NCBI GenBank assembly: GCA_051362555.1
Contig: CM120640.1
Span: forward strand, 40,216,788-40,280,787
Length of the DNA stretch: 64,000 bases
Direction: 5' to 3'
Origin: Lingula anatina
Taxonomy: Eukaryota > Animalia > Brachiopoda
Below the pieces are notes generated by a model, which was given only the letters and a program-made list of their open reading frames with translations, did not search any database and was not told the origin of the DNA. The position numbers were made by a program, and so were the translations under genes. Position 1 is the first letter of the stretch. Each line of letters starts with the position of its first letter. This document shows, piece by piece, positions 1-12,636 of the stretch.

Positions 1-3000
1 ATAAAAATGTTGTTTTTTCATAAATTAAAAGTCTAAACAGTTGAAAATAGAGTGAAAGTTTTGTCATTTGTGAGGGTAAAGTAGGTAAAATGTTAGTTGG
101 AAAATCCATTAAAACCATTGATGATGTTTTTGGAAGACTTATGTGCATTTTACATTTTCAACCATTAAATAAACAATGTACAAACCAGTGCATTAAATGA
201 TTGAATTTTATATGGCGCACACTGAATGTTCATTTAAAGCCACATGCTCTAATATTTGTATGCTGTTTACAACTTATGTTGCTCATAATTCACTTGACTA
301 GGCACATTCACCATTCATGTAAAATTACTTGGTTCCAAAACTTTTCATTGATAAAAATGTATTTTTAAACTTTTCAATGGGTTACTAAATTTTTTTTGAT
401 AATCATAAATAACATCAGTCACCTGGTGATGCATATTTGATTTTTCAAATATCCTGGTAACAATCCAAGCATATAAATATATATATATACAATAAAGCAT
501 CTTGGTGCTAAGATGGTGTAACATTAAGTTATCGTATGTTTCTGAATTTAAATCCCTATCAATAGAATTTGTCCTATTTATCAGTTTTTGTTCCTTAAAT
601 TTACTTATTCTTTCTGAAAGATCCTGTGCTTAAATCTCAAGGGCAAGTAATAGATATACCTTAAATAATGAAATTGATACATCTGCTCAAAATTGTACCT
701 GTATGCCAACTCAAAATGTACTCAAATAGCTGAGGTCAACAGAAAAAATTAACTGTACTTCAATCTTTCTTTCTTTTTTTTCTTTTCTTTCTTTTATTGA
801 AAACTAGATTTTACTTTTCTCATTGCACCTAACAAAATGCAGCATTTAAAAATTACCCATTTCAAAATCAGTAACATTTAGCAACTAAAACTCTTACTCT
901 ATTAAATATAAACACATTGCATCTGGCCATCTCTATCACTCTGGCAAATGTATAACATAAATACCGAAGAACACCTTAAAGCATCAAACCACACCTTATC
1001 ATACCACGCACTCTTTGCATGCCAAACAGGTTGACTTCAACCACTCAGTTGACAATTACACTTAACATGATTACTGCTGTGGTTAGAAACAAGATATAAA
1101 TTAATCTAACTCTTTCAGAAGTTATCATTTTTAATTTATATAAATGAGACAAGGACATGTTGTAATGTATTGTTTATGAAATGCTACAAGCTCCTAGGGT
1201 CTACATTGCTCGACTGTATTAGTATCAAACAATTTTTGGGTCCCTTAAAAGTAAACACAAACCACGCGGGTATTTTTACATATTGTAAAGATTTTGTGAA
1301 ACTTGATAACCTTATGGCAAATGATCAGAATGTCGGTATGAAATAAAACAGCTAGGGAAAACCAGAAAAAAATCAAACTGGTTTATGTGGAGATAGTATT
1401 CATATTCCTACTGTACTTTGACCACCCTGTTAAGTTCTTCAGTTACTGGTACATGTCTGTGTCTGACTCTAAGTGAAAGAGCAATTACATTTTCTACAGT
1501 TAAGTTACCATAAACGATTAAATTTCATGTAAAGAAAAAACTATATGTTTTTTTATCAAGCAATTCTTAGTAATCATAAAATTGCAAATATTGAAAATTT
1601 AGACAAAGTTATGAAATCAAGATGCCAGATGTGCACATAGTATGATGTTTTGCAGCAAATTCTGAGATAAGTGACTTGATAGCATAGTCTTACTTCAAAT
1701 AAATAAATAAAAACTTTTTTGTCTAGTTTAGGGTAAAAAAAAAAAGAAAAGGTCCCAAACAAGGACAACAGACAGGTCATAACATCCCAGTAAAGAAAAA
1801 TTAAAAATTCCAAAAGGCCACTAATCACCATATCCAAGTATAATGTCAACTTGCACTTCAAAGTTAATCTTGGGTGACTTTTTTATCATCAAGTACCTTT
1901 CCAATTTCATTCCTGATGACCAAACTCAAGAATTATAGTCAGGTATTTTTGAACAATGCAACTGAAGGAAAAAAAAATAGACGCCATGAAAAATCTAAAA
2001 CAGAAAAAAAACTGTCTACCTTGAAATGGACTCAAAGCCCTGGGTGAGAAAAAACCAGTCTTGCAGAAGAACTTGCAATCGGGAGCCGACCTCTGTCCAG
2101 GTTTTGGCCACTGATACACTGACCCTGGTCAAGTGAGTTATGGCTGTAACTAACTATGATCTGACACAAACCATTACATGCCATTCTTCACCCACACCAA
2201 CTCGCATGCTACTCTAAAGTACTGGAGTTGTGAACACAAAAATCTACACATTGGTGTTCTCTGTTTTTTTATGCAAATTCTTGCAATAGAGTGAAAAATG
2301 TGTCTAGAATACTATGCAAATGTTGACCAATGGAAGTTCTTTAAGAATCTTTTTATATTAATCATTTAAATAGGATTAAAGAACATGTACAAATATCTTT
2401 TTAAGAAGAAAATGTCAGTTGTGCCAAGTGTATGCATTTGCAAATGTCACCACTAAAAACATAAAAAGATGCTGAGTAAGAATTTTTAAAAATTACGTTT
2501 CCTTCTTGAAATTTAGGGAAATTTAATTTGCTTTTTAATACACAATACCCCTCTATGCCTTTAAATTAAGGAAACAACATTCTGACTAAATGAAAGGTTA
2601 CAAAACTGAAATATGCAGAACTGAAAAATCTTCACCACAGTTTAATGTAATTTACTAATATCTTTGGTTAAAAGTATCATGTTCATCCCAGGAAAATTAC
2701 CAACCCATTTACCATATATATTATATTCATCCTGTTAAGTTTTTTGCAGCACTACAATAACAAATCAGGTCATTCATCATATAGTTTTAAGTTTTCCCCA
2801 CTTATGCAACATTACTCTGTGATAAAATGAAATTCAGAGAAACTATTGTGTATTTGAGGAAAAAAATACCAAGGAAAGTTAAAACTAATGAGTTGGGCTG
2901 TGATCAGTGATGTCTAAACTTAGCCATTCATCAAACTATTGATATAACTAACATCAAAGCAAACAAAACTGAAATGGTTTAGTTGAAAAATGCCATTATG

Positions 3001-6000
3001 ATGGAGAACGTTTCACATTAAAATCTCTCAAAATGATAAATACATTAAATTGTATCTAACTGACATAAGTTTTCATATTCAGAGTTAGTTTACAGAAACA
3101 TGAGTGAGTGTTGGCATGCCACACTTTTGATGCAGATCATGGAAAACATGACAGGTAATAAAATTTAAAAAATACATAACGGTACGAAAGAGATACTGGA
3201 AGTTATATAAGTGCATAGAGCATCTTTAAAAAATGCAATTCATATTACAGCAGATCACTTTTTCTGATAAAAAAGTAACATGTTTTTGAAGAAACTATAC
3301 ATGTTCTATCATTCTGGCATACAGTTTGGACTCCTTATTAAAGGCCCCTTAATTATGTTACTGACTTGTAAAGTTTAAGTAACAATTAACCCCTTTAAAG
3401 ATATTCAGTACACAAAAGAAAAAAAATAAATAAAAATAATAAAAATAAAAAACCTATTTCACTGCATTTTTTCTTAACAGTAAGATTCTTTTTAACACTT
3501 GGGAATTCTACATTGCAAGCAAACTACACTGCATTGAATCTTATATCTAGGTACTCATCAACTATTCATGTGTACTAGTATGTCCACTATCTTTTTTCAC
3601 TGAAGTCAGGATCAATTTGCAGTCAGAAGCTATCAGCTAACAAGCATCTTTTCATCAGTATTTGATTTAAATATATTCAAAAAACTGCCACCAGTACATT
3701 TGCCTCTCCATTCATTTCCAGCTTATAAAAACAGTAATCCTACATTTGTTTAAGATAATTGATTTTTTTAAATTAAAACTACTTTTAAAAATGTGAAGTA
3801 TATTGCTATCACTGTTATGAAATATATCTCCCCCAGCTGATAACTTATCCTCTAAAATCTCTTCTATTTCAACTTCAATAAAATTTCTTGAATCTTATTC
3901 CTTTCTTGCTGTAAAAGATGAAAAAGTTTGTTTATTCATCATTTTGAGAAATTTCAATCACCCCTTAAACCTAAATCAACAACTTTATTCCAATTTTTTT
4001 TTCAAAATAAGTGCCAAATATTTTCATAACTTGTTACAAATAAACTGACAAAAAGTTCATCAAATATAAAATGGATATATAGAAATCGATTGAAGCCAGG
4101 GTCCTATTACACCTGGCATGTCCGGTAGTCATTACTGCCACTTTGGACCCAGACAATAGCACTTTGCACTCAAACCAGAGGAGACAATAGTAATAACACA
4201 GATTTCATGACCAAAAAAAATCATACCCTTGACAATTGGAGCATGGCAGATCTTGTCATGTGATTGCCAAACCTTGACACCACTCTTAATTGAAATGATT
4301 GTTAAAGTACCTAAATGATAATTATAAATAAATAAATAAAGATAAAAAAAGAAAAATATCCAACTCTTTGTATTTGCAGATGTGAATGTAAAGAATACTA
4401 CTGAAAAGATAGTACTAACTGCAAAACTTAGGTGAAAATTGAAAGAAAGTAATATAAGTACAGTTTAGAAACTGGAGCATGGAAATATAATTTTTTATCA
4501 GCTTGAGAATCAAGTAACAACTTAACTAATGTAAATACATGTCATGAAAGTATTCCATCCACTTTTTGAATCTGTGCATTTATATAAAAACCATCAGCCC
4601 TTGTTTCTTTCGCAGTATATTAAAATATCCCACAGAAAACTGAAGTTTATTAGAATTTCCTGTCTTGTAGAACAACACTATAAAATGTTTTAAAATCTGC
4701 AGGGATAATTTAATAGAAGTTTGCCAAATTAAACTTTTGATAATAAAAAAGAAACTAATAAAAGAAAGCTCAATAAATATGCTTCTTAAATTAATTAGCA
4801 AGTGAACTTTTCAATAAAAAATTTCAACACAAATAAGTTAAAAATCTGGAGAACCTACTAGTACATCATTTCAGAACTATGTACCCTAATACAACTACAT
4901 TCTTCATGCATGATTACCCGTCTTGGCATGGGTGTCTTCAGACTTGCACTCACTCACTACTCCCAACCAGTTCTCAAATGATTTAAAATACAACCTCTAA
5001 TAACAATGTACTCAACTATTATACAATATGAAAAGTTTGCACTTACACCGCTTAAGAATTGAACATTAGGTTTTAGTAGACTCCGTACTGCTTCACCCCT
5101 CCCCTGTCGTGTTATGATGGATGGGAAATACACTTGACTGTTATAAAGTCTTAGGTCACCCAGGGGCAGTAGTGACTGTCAAAGCTTTGGACAACCTATA
5201 CAAAATGTCTTTACACCAAAAAACCTGTGCGATACCAGAGCTGGAGCTGGAGGTAAACTCGCAACACCGTTTCACTTGTGAGACTTTTGACTTTCTTTCT
5301 GTTGTGTTCTTATCGCTTCAAGTCAATTTTTAGAGCAGGTAATGGGACTAGAGTGACAAAAAATTGGTCTCTTTACATAAGGACAGTGCTATTTTCAGAG
5401 ATTAATACAACCATTTCAAATATCAAATACATATATATATATATGCACTAAGCTGCACTCACTGCTCCAATACTCTTAATGCCCTGGTGCGAATTCCAAT
5501 ATCCCTCTTGTTTTCCATATCATTGTACAAGTTATGCAGTTCAATATTCTTCAGCCAATGATATGCAAAACTATAGCAAATGCATATTTTGTACCACTCC
5601 TGATCAATACAATTTAATCATGATAACTTCATTTTTATAAAACTTTACAATAACTCTAGAAAAGCATGTTTTCCAAGGGAAATGTTGTACATACCGTAAT
5701 TGGGACTTTTCCTCAAGAAAAATTCATCACTTTAAGATGTTTGAATACACGTATATGTAGGATGCCAAAGCAACATCATTGTCAAAAAATGTTATGGGGG
5801 CATTTTTACAAATTATTCAGATATGTGAATTTGAAGGGCAAAAAGGGTTTTTATTTTGTCAACCTGGGTAATGAAAAGGGCAAGCCATTCTGTCACATGG
5901 GCTACAGTGTCTAAACTGTCCATGCACACTGTCTGCCCTGCCCATGTTATTAATAAACCTGATTAAAATGGTTTCCTGGTAAGGTGAAAGTACCCAAAGT

Positions 6001-6956
6001 CAAGGCCCATCTGTCTAGTGCAAAAAAGGGTTACATATATATAGACAGTTAAAAAAGAACCACCAGTTGGCACAAGTTATGAATATTTATAGGGGTAGAT
6101 AAGTACATGGGCAGCTTTGGATCAGCTGGAAATATGATTGTGATGTAGCATGCTCCTTGTGCTTACTGGGGGAATGGTTGTAAAGATAAATATAAAACAT
6201 GAAATAAAAAGATGGAAATCATGGTCTAAATATTTGTTATTGATATGCAAAATTACTTCCTATCTGAAATTGTTAAATGTTTGATTTTTTATCGTAATAA
6301 AGCAAGTTGTTGCATCAGAGTTCAAACTGTCACTTTTTTTTTGCTTTGAAATTACACATGACTACAAAGCTTAATTTTAAAAAAAATCCAAATTTTTCAA
6401 ATAAAAATTTTAGGATTTTGTACCTAATTGACCTAGGATTTTAAAACTGCTGGTGGGAAAATGCAATTAATGACCAGTCAATCAAGGACAGCACAGCTTG
6501 TGACACCTGAGTGCATTTCGTTTGTTGGTACTAGCCTTACTATGAATAACGTAAATGAACTGAAAACCATCATGATAATTAGACTAAATCCAATTTAATT
6601 TTGTAAAGACAAATTACTAGTACTAAGTAATGATTTTGAACATTATATATCGATTCCTACTGAATGTCTGTTTGCGTTGATGTGTACAGAAAGCCCCTCT
6701 CCAAAAAATTGCAAAAATCAAATTTATTAATAAGTCAAAATTATTTAATAAATTGGACCATGCATACAACAAATGATCTAATGTGATGACAAATACCTGT
6801 AAATTTTATCTAAAGGATCTTCTTAACTGTTCAAATGCATATTTTTTAGCCAACCCGAGAAAATCAAATTCAAATCAAGGCTGTATCTTCTTTCAGTATT
6901 AACACATTTATAATTCAAAGGTAAAATGACCAAATACTGAAAATCTGATTTAGAAC

Positions 6957-7044
6957 TTATATAATGAAAGTAAATTTTATTGGTTTTTAACTCAACCAAT
7001 TTATATAATGATAGTAAATTTTATTGGATTTTAACTCAACCAAT
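6957..7044. repeat. 44-bp tandem duplication
   Basis: ttatataatga(a/t)agtaaattttattgg(t/a)ttttaactcaaccaat occurs twice in tandem. Confidence 0.9.
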
Positions 7045-7285
7045 GATATGCATTCTTGATGCCTTTATGCTTGAGACGAAGTCATAACTGTACACCTGCC
7101 TGGTGTCAGATAATGACAAAGTTTTCAGATCAAAAAATATTTTACAAGGTAGTTCAGTGCATTTTAACATGCGGATTGAAACAATATATGTTGCCAACAC
7201 AGCACATGAGTGTCATTTCACTCTGATTTATTCTTTAAGAAAAAAAGTGGAGCCTAGACTTTCACCAACAAAAAGGCAGTTCTTT

Positions 7286-7461
7286 CAGGCCTGTAGCCAG
7301 GGGGGGGGGGGGGGGGGGGGGTGTTCGAAAGAACCACCCTTTTTGTCAGGAAAATGTCCATTCTGGGTAAAATCTGAGCTAGGTACACAAAGGTTTTCAT
7401 TTTAAAAGGTCCACTTTTTTGGAAAAAGAACCCCTCTTTTGAAATTGCTGGTACAGGCCTG
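7286..7461. mobile_element. Non-autonomous DNA transposon (MITE), CAGG...CCTG termini, 5-bp TSD
   Basis: TIRs CAGGCCTGTAGCCAG / CTGGTACAGGCCTG, an internal poly-G run, and TCTTT immediately on both sides (7281-7285, 7462-7466). Confidence 0.8.
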
Positions 7462-10400
7462 TCTTTCAACCCCCGCTCTACAGAAATCCCTCCAACTACA
7501 GACCTGAACATACTACAGACTTACCTTATATCTTTAATTGATGGTCTTTTGTGAAGTCAAAGTCACATCAGATTTCATGAAGGAGAAAAATCAGACTAAC
7601 CACAAATATTTTCACAACCAATTTTTCAATACGGAGTATAGAACACTCTAGGGGAATTATTTGTTTCTTTATTATTTTCACACCTATAATTAAGTTCACA
7701 TAACCTGTCAGTGTTCCATTTATGAATTGCTGAACACCCCAATTCCAGTTTTGAGACTTCTGAAACCTGTCAAAGGCCTGACTGGTGAGGTTTTAATAAT
7801 GTAATCCTCTACATAGCAATAATTAATATTATATGTTTATTTCTTCTTTGGGTTAAAAATTCATGGATTAAAAAAAATTCTCAATGTAAGTGGCACTGTT
7901 CACATCAAAGGGCATTTAAACAATGAGTTGTGCTCTTGGGATTTTTTCCTAATAAATGACCGATAGAAAAATGTTCTGTAGATGGCAGCACAAGATTACT
8001 AACTGTCGCAATTCTGCTACCTGCTCTGGGCCAAAGGGACAAAATGCTTCAATCTAGTCCTATGTTTGAACTCTCATTCATTTCTGTTCCTTATAAGAGC
8101 TCTGTGTGCTGTATACTATGTAATTTTCATGGAAGGCTCTAAAAGCAATTTACCATGGGCTAATTGTTTGGCATGCTATCATTTCTAGGTTTTCAACTCA
8201 AACATCAAAGATTGTGTCTCATATTTCCCATCAGTACTACATGTATAGGCTCTCAATAACAGACTATCAAGAGGAATATATTGAGTGAAATGTGTCTCTG
8301 GACGCATCCTTTTCAAATATTGCTGGTGTGGGTTGTAATTCATACAAACATATATTTGCTAAGGAAATATTTAATATCACATAATATAACTTGTCAACAG
8401 TGCATTTTTTTAAAGAACAAACAACTGTTACATAATCATTCTTAGGTCCATGAACACCAAAAATCAAAGGAGTCTCTTTGTCAAGGTAATGTGTTAGTTG
8501 AGATGCAGTGTCACAACCAATGAAATAAGTAGCATTTCACAAAGCCAGGTTTAAGGATTTCAGTCTTATTTTGCCCTGTACCCTCCTTATTTTAGCTAGA
8601 AACCCCTAAATTGTATGTTACACTGTGAGATACCACTACACTTAGTCCACACTGCAATAAAGTGATATCAGATATCCCTCTGGCAGTATCTGAAATTTAT
8701 GTAGAACTTTTTTGATAAGACAGCATCTCTTGGGACAGCACAAATCAATCTGGTATAATGAAGTTGTAAGAAGAACTGTCTTTCATTCATTAAATCAGTG
8801 TCAAAACCAGATGAAGTAATGTAACCTGTCCTACTCCTTCAATAACCCAGAACCTAGAAATCTTCTGCACAATGGCACAGTGGGAATTCCCCGATGTATC
8901 AGTCCTCAACACGTGATTCATTCCCACAGTAAAAGTATTATTTTCACAATAAATAGTGTCATTTTTACAATACAGTATCATTTAAAAGTAATCAATCAGT
9001 CTTATAATAAAGATGATAGCTTCAGCGGCTGGTGGTCAATGTCATTTTCTGTTAATAATTGACCATCAAATTGTAATATCATGATCTAATTAAGCATGGA
9101 ATAAACAAATCCATAACCACTAACAGGAGTTGAACAGAAAATGGAATCAAAATTAAAGTTTAATCATATCCAAAGCCCTTACATACAATGGCAGACTCAA
9201 GGTGGGGGGAGGGGAGCGGGCCCAGGTTGAAAATTGTAGTCGACATATTTTACAATGACATGGTTTCCCTTTTTTTTTTTTTTGAAGAGAGGCAAGATTA
9301 AAATTACCTATATGTACAATGCATCTTCATCCATCTGCATATACATATCAAGCTCAAGAATTAAAACAATTTGTTTAAACATTTATTTCTAAACTGTATG
9401 ACTAAATGTTCAATGATTAATTCCATGAGTTGCAACATTAACTACGTACACACAAACATCCTGACGTAATGTATTCGTGTGGTCAAATAAAGTTTAAAAA
9501 TACTGAGAGTATGAAAACTGAACATACTGCCTGCAAATGTAACAAATATTAAAAACTGATCACTGAATTTCTATTCAAATGACATCTGACTTCTTAAAGA
9601 ACGCAATGCACATCAAAAATTTTTCTTCAGTACATGAGTGTAAATTAATAAACAGATTAAGAAGACATTACACAGAAAGGAAAAGCAATGATGTTCAAAG
9701 TATATTTACCATTCTTCTTTCAGTGCAAACTGTTAATTGCTACAAGGAGTTCAGAAACTAGAAGTACAGGTTTAACCCCAGTAATCCCGATATCTCATTT
9801 ACGGACATCCATCATTAAGCCTAGCCAGTTAACTTTTGTTGGTAAGTCTGATTATATCAATTTGAAGTCTTAAACAGTCCCAAAGAAAAAACTACAAATT
9901 CAAATATGTACATAGATGGCCACATTTTAAAAAAGTGTGATGCATAAAACCGTTGCATTGAGAGTCACTAAGTTCTTTTATATGAGTTTACAAAGGCAAA
10001 GGAACAGCTTTGTACTAAACTCGAAAAAAAAAAAAAGGCAACATATTGATCTCTTATTGAAGTCAGTAAGTGTAAGCCTACACAAATTACCTGCATGTTG
10101 TACAAACTAATTATGTATCACAGAATAAACTAATCAAATTACAAATATGGGCTTCACTCCCAATACCAGTTTCAATGTATGCTCCAATGCAAGTTTGTTC
10201 AACCACCTCTAATATTCCACTACAAATTAAGTTCACGGAAACATAATCTTATTCTTTACAAATCCGTCAGGCTTCATGTTACAGCTGAATTGTGCTATTC
10301 TTTTCTTCCAGCACAACCTGCAAACATGAAATACACCAATCCTCAGAATGATTCAATCACATGATGTTGCTTTCAGGTTGAAGGAAGCTTAAAATATTCA

Positions 10401-10866
10401 TTGAAATGCAATTTTTCTCACATCTGAACTTCATTATTTTAACTTTAAGGAAGAATCTTAAAATTTTGTTTACACAATTTTTTATCAAATTATTTTGCAA
10501 TTGGTCGGTTTAGCTTGAATCCATATATGGGAGCCTGGAATCTCTATTTAATTGAATAAGTTTTTGCAATGGGCTGGTAAACCTAGAAGCAGACAATTAA
10601 GTTCTTGACCACTGGATGACTGACATGAAAAGGCTTCTTTTAATGGACTGAGGGCATTTAAGAATTGATGATGTACAGAAGGGAAATCTGTCCAGCACAG
10701 ACCTATATGCACTGTTGCATGATAAAAAATAGATTTCTCAGGGCTTCAATAATTTTGTCTCAATAACCACTAATTATTAATTAACATATGATACAAACAG
10801 CTAAAAAGAAAACTTGTTTGCAAAAGATAACTTCATGCAAACAAAAGAAGATTTACCTTTAGCACT

Positions 10867-12602
10867 TTAAGAAAGTCTGCCTTCTGACTTTGCCTTTGAC
10901 AACTCTTTCTGTAGTTCATGTTCTGACCTATAAAATTGCACACAGCCCATTGGAAACAAACCTCTTCTGTGGTTGCATAGGCCCTATATAAAATAAAAAA
11001 AAAGGGTTATATCCCATCTACACATTTTGGGATATGATCATAAAACAATAGCTGATTTAAAATAAGTTACCTGTGTGATTGCAATATATGGTATATACAT
11101 TTATACATATGCATGCAAGCATGCACACACACCTCAAAATTCCATCCTTTATAATTTCACATTTGCAAAATACAAATATGAATCAAACTTTTTTTATTCT
11201 TATACCATTATTAGGAGGTATATTTCAAAATATATATGACAGCAGAAATATCATAGTTTTTACCTCCCACAAGCCAGAGACATTGGTTCTTCTGAGATTT
11301 GTTATGATATTCCCCGGGATTAATTCCAACTCATCACTCCCATTGGCATGATGAGTGCTGAGTACTTTGGCACATCGGAATTCACTCCCAGAAAACTCTG
11401 AAAATTCATTTTTTCAACAGAAGCTTACTATACATTTATTATTACAGCATTTCATACAGGCAAACTAAAAGAAACTTGTCTAGGCATGATATGATCTCCT
11501 GTAAAAGCAAAAGTAGTTGACTTAAATTGAAAAAAAGTAAATATTTTACAGACTGCTTACATGAGAAAAACATTGTATAAACACAGATCTTAAAGAATTG
11601 ATAAAAATATATGGCAGCTAACAAAATAAAAGATATATAATAACTAAAATTGATAATGTCATATAGATAAAAAATGCTTCTTTTCTGAGTGAAAATGAGA
11701 CCATTTACTCTAGAAATCAATGGATGGATGTTTAACAGATAAATTTATACAAATATTGCTCATACAGGTAATGGTGCCAAGTATTATTATCAAGAAAATA
11801 CTGGAACTGTGGATACTTGTTACCAAGCAGTCTCTTCCTACTAAATTTAATTAGCTTTTCATGATTTAAAATGTATTTGGATTTTGTGAGTAAAACAATG
11901 TGTGCCTCTATAAGTGTACTTGTACATTGTTTCAAATTATTAAGTATACTATTTCAATTACATTAAAGACATCACTCCTTATCTGTGACATATCTATAAT
12001 TCTCTGCCAATCAACATGCCTTTATTTTCAGGGCCAATGAGTAGGCAACATCAAGTTACATATTCCACTGACACTCACTGGTCAAAACATTTATACAGTA
12101 TCTTTCCAAAGTTCCTGAACCCTTTCTTGTGACAAACAAATACTTACTGAGTTGACTTGTTCTCATGGCATTCTTCATGTGATCATGCACTTTTACCAAA
12201 GACTCATTTCTCTTGTTTTCCTTCACCAAGCCGAGAGACAGGTCTGATTCTGAGTAGTCTGGTGGTTTGTCAGGCAAGTTGTCCCTGGTACATATTAGGT
12301 AGCACATCAGTACTATGAGGATCACTAGGGAAAACCCACCAATAAAAAGACATATCACTGCCTGTAGGTCAGTTAAGGAAAGGTCACTGTCATTTTAAAG
12401 TGGATGTTTTATTACAAAATAACAGTGTCAGTCTGCATTGTCACTTCATTGGTAAAGTGACCAGGTTCACTTGCATTGTCAAGTTCAATCATGAAATTAT
12501 TCTAATTTACTATTAAATTCCTACCAAAATCAAGAAAAAGTGTTTTACAAAAACACCTAAGATCAAATTGAAAATTCAATCCAAGAAGGACATTTGTGCG
12601 TG

Positions 12603-12636
<34 letters not shown>

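Noticed and set aside
7103-7511. Overlapping ORFs with poly-Gly/poly-Pro
   Set aside because: They derive from the poly-G run of the MITE at 7286-7461.
9188-9340. Possible decayed G-run MITE (similar patches near 22710 and 55310-55450)
   Set aside because: I could not define clear paired TIRs or a TSD.
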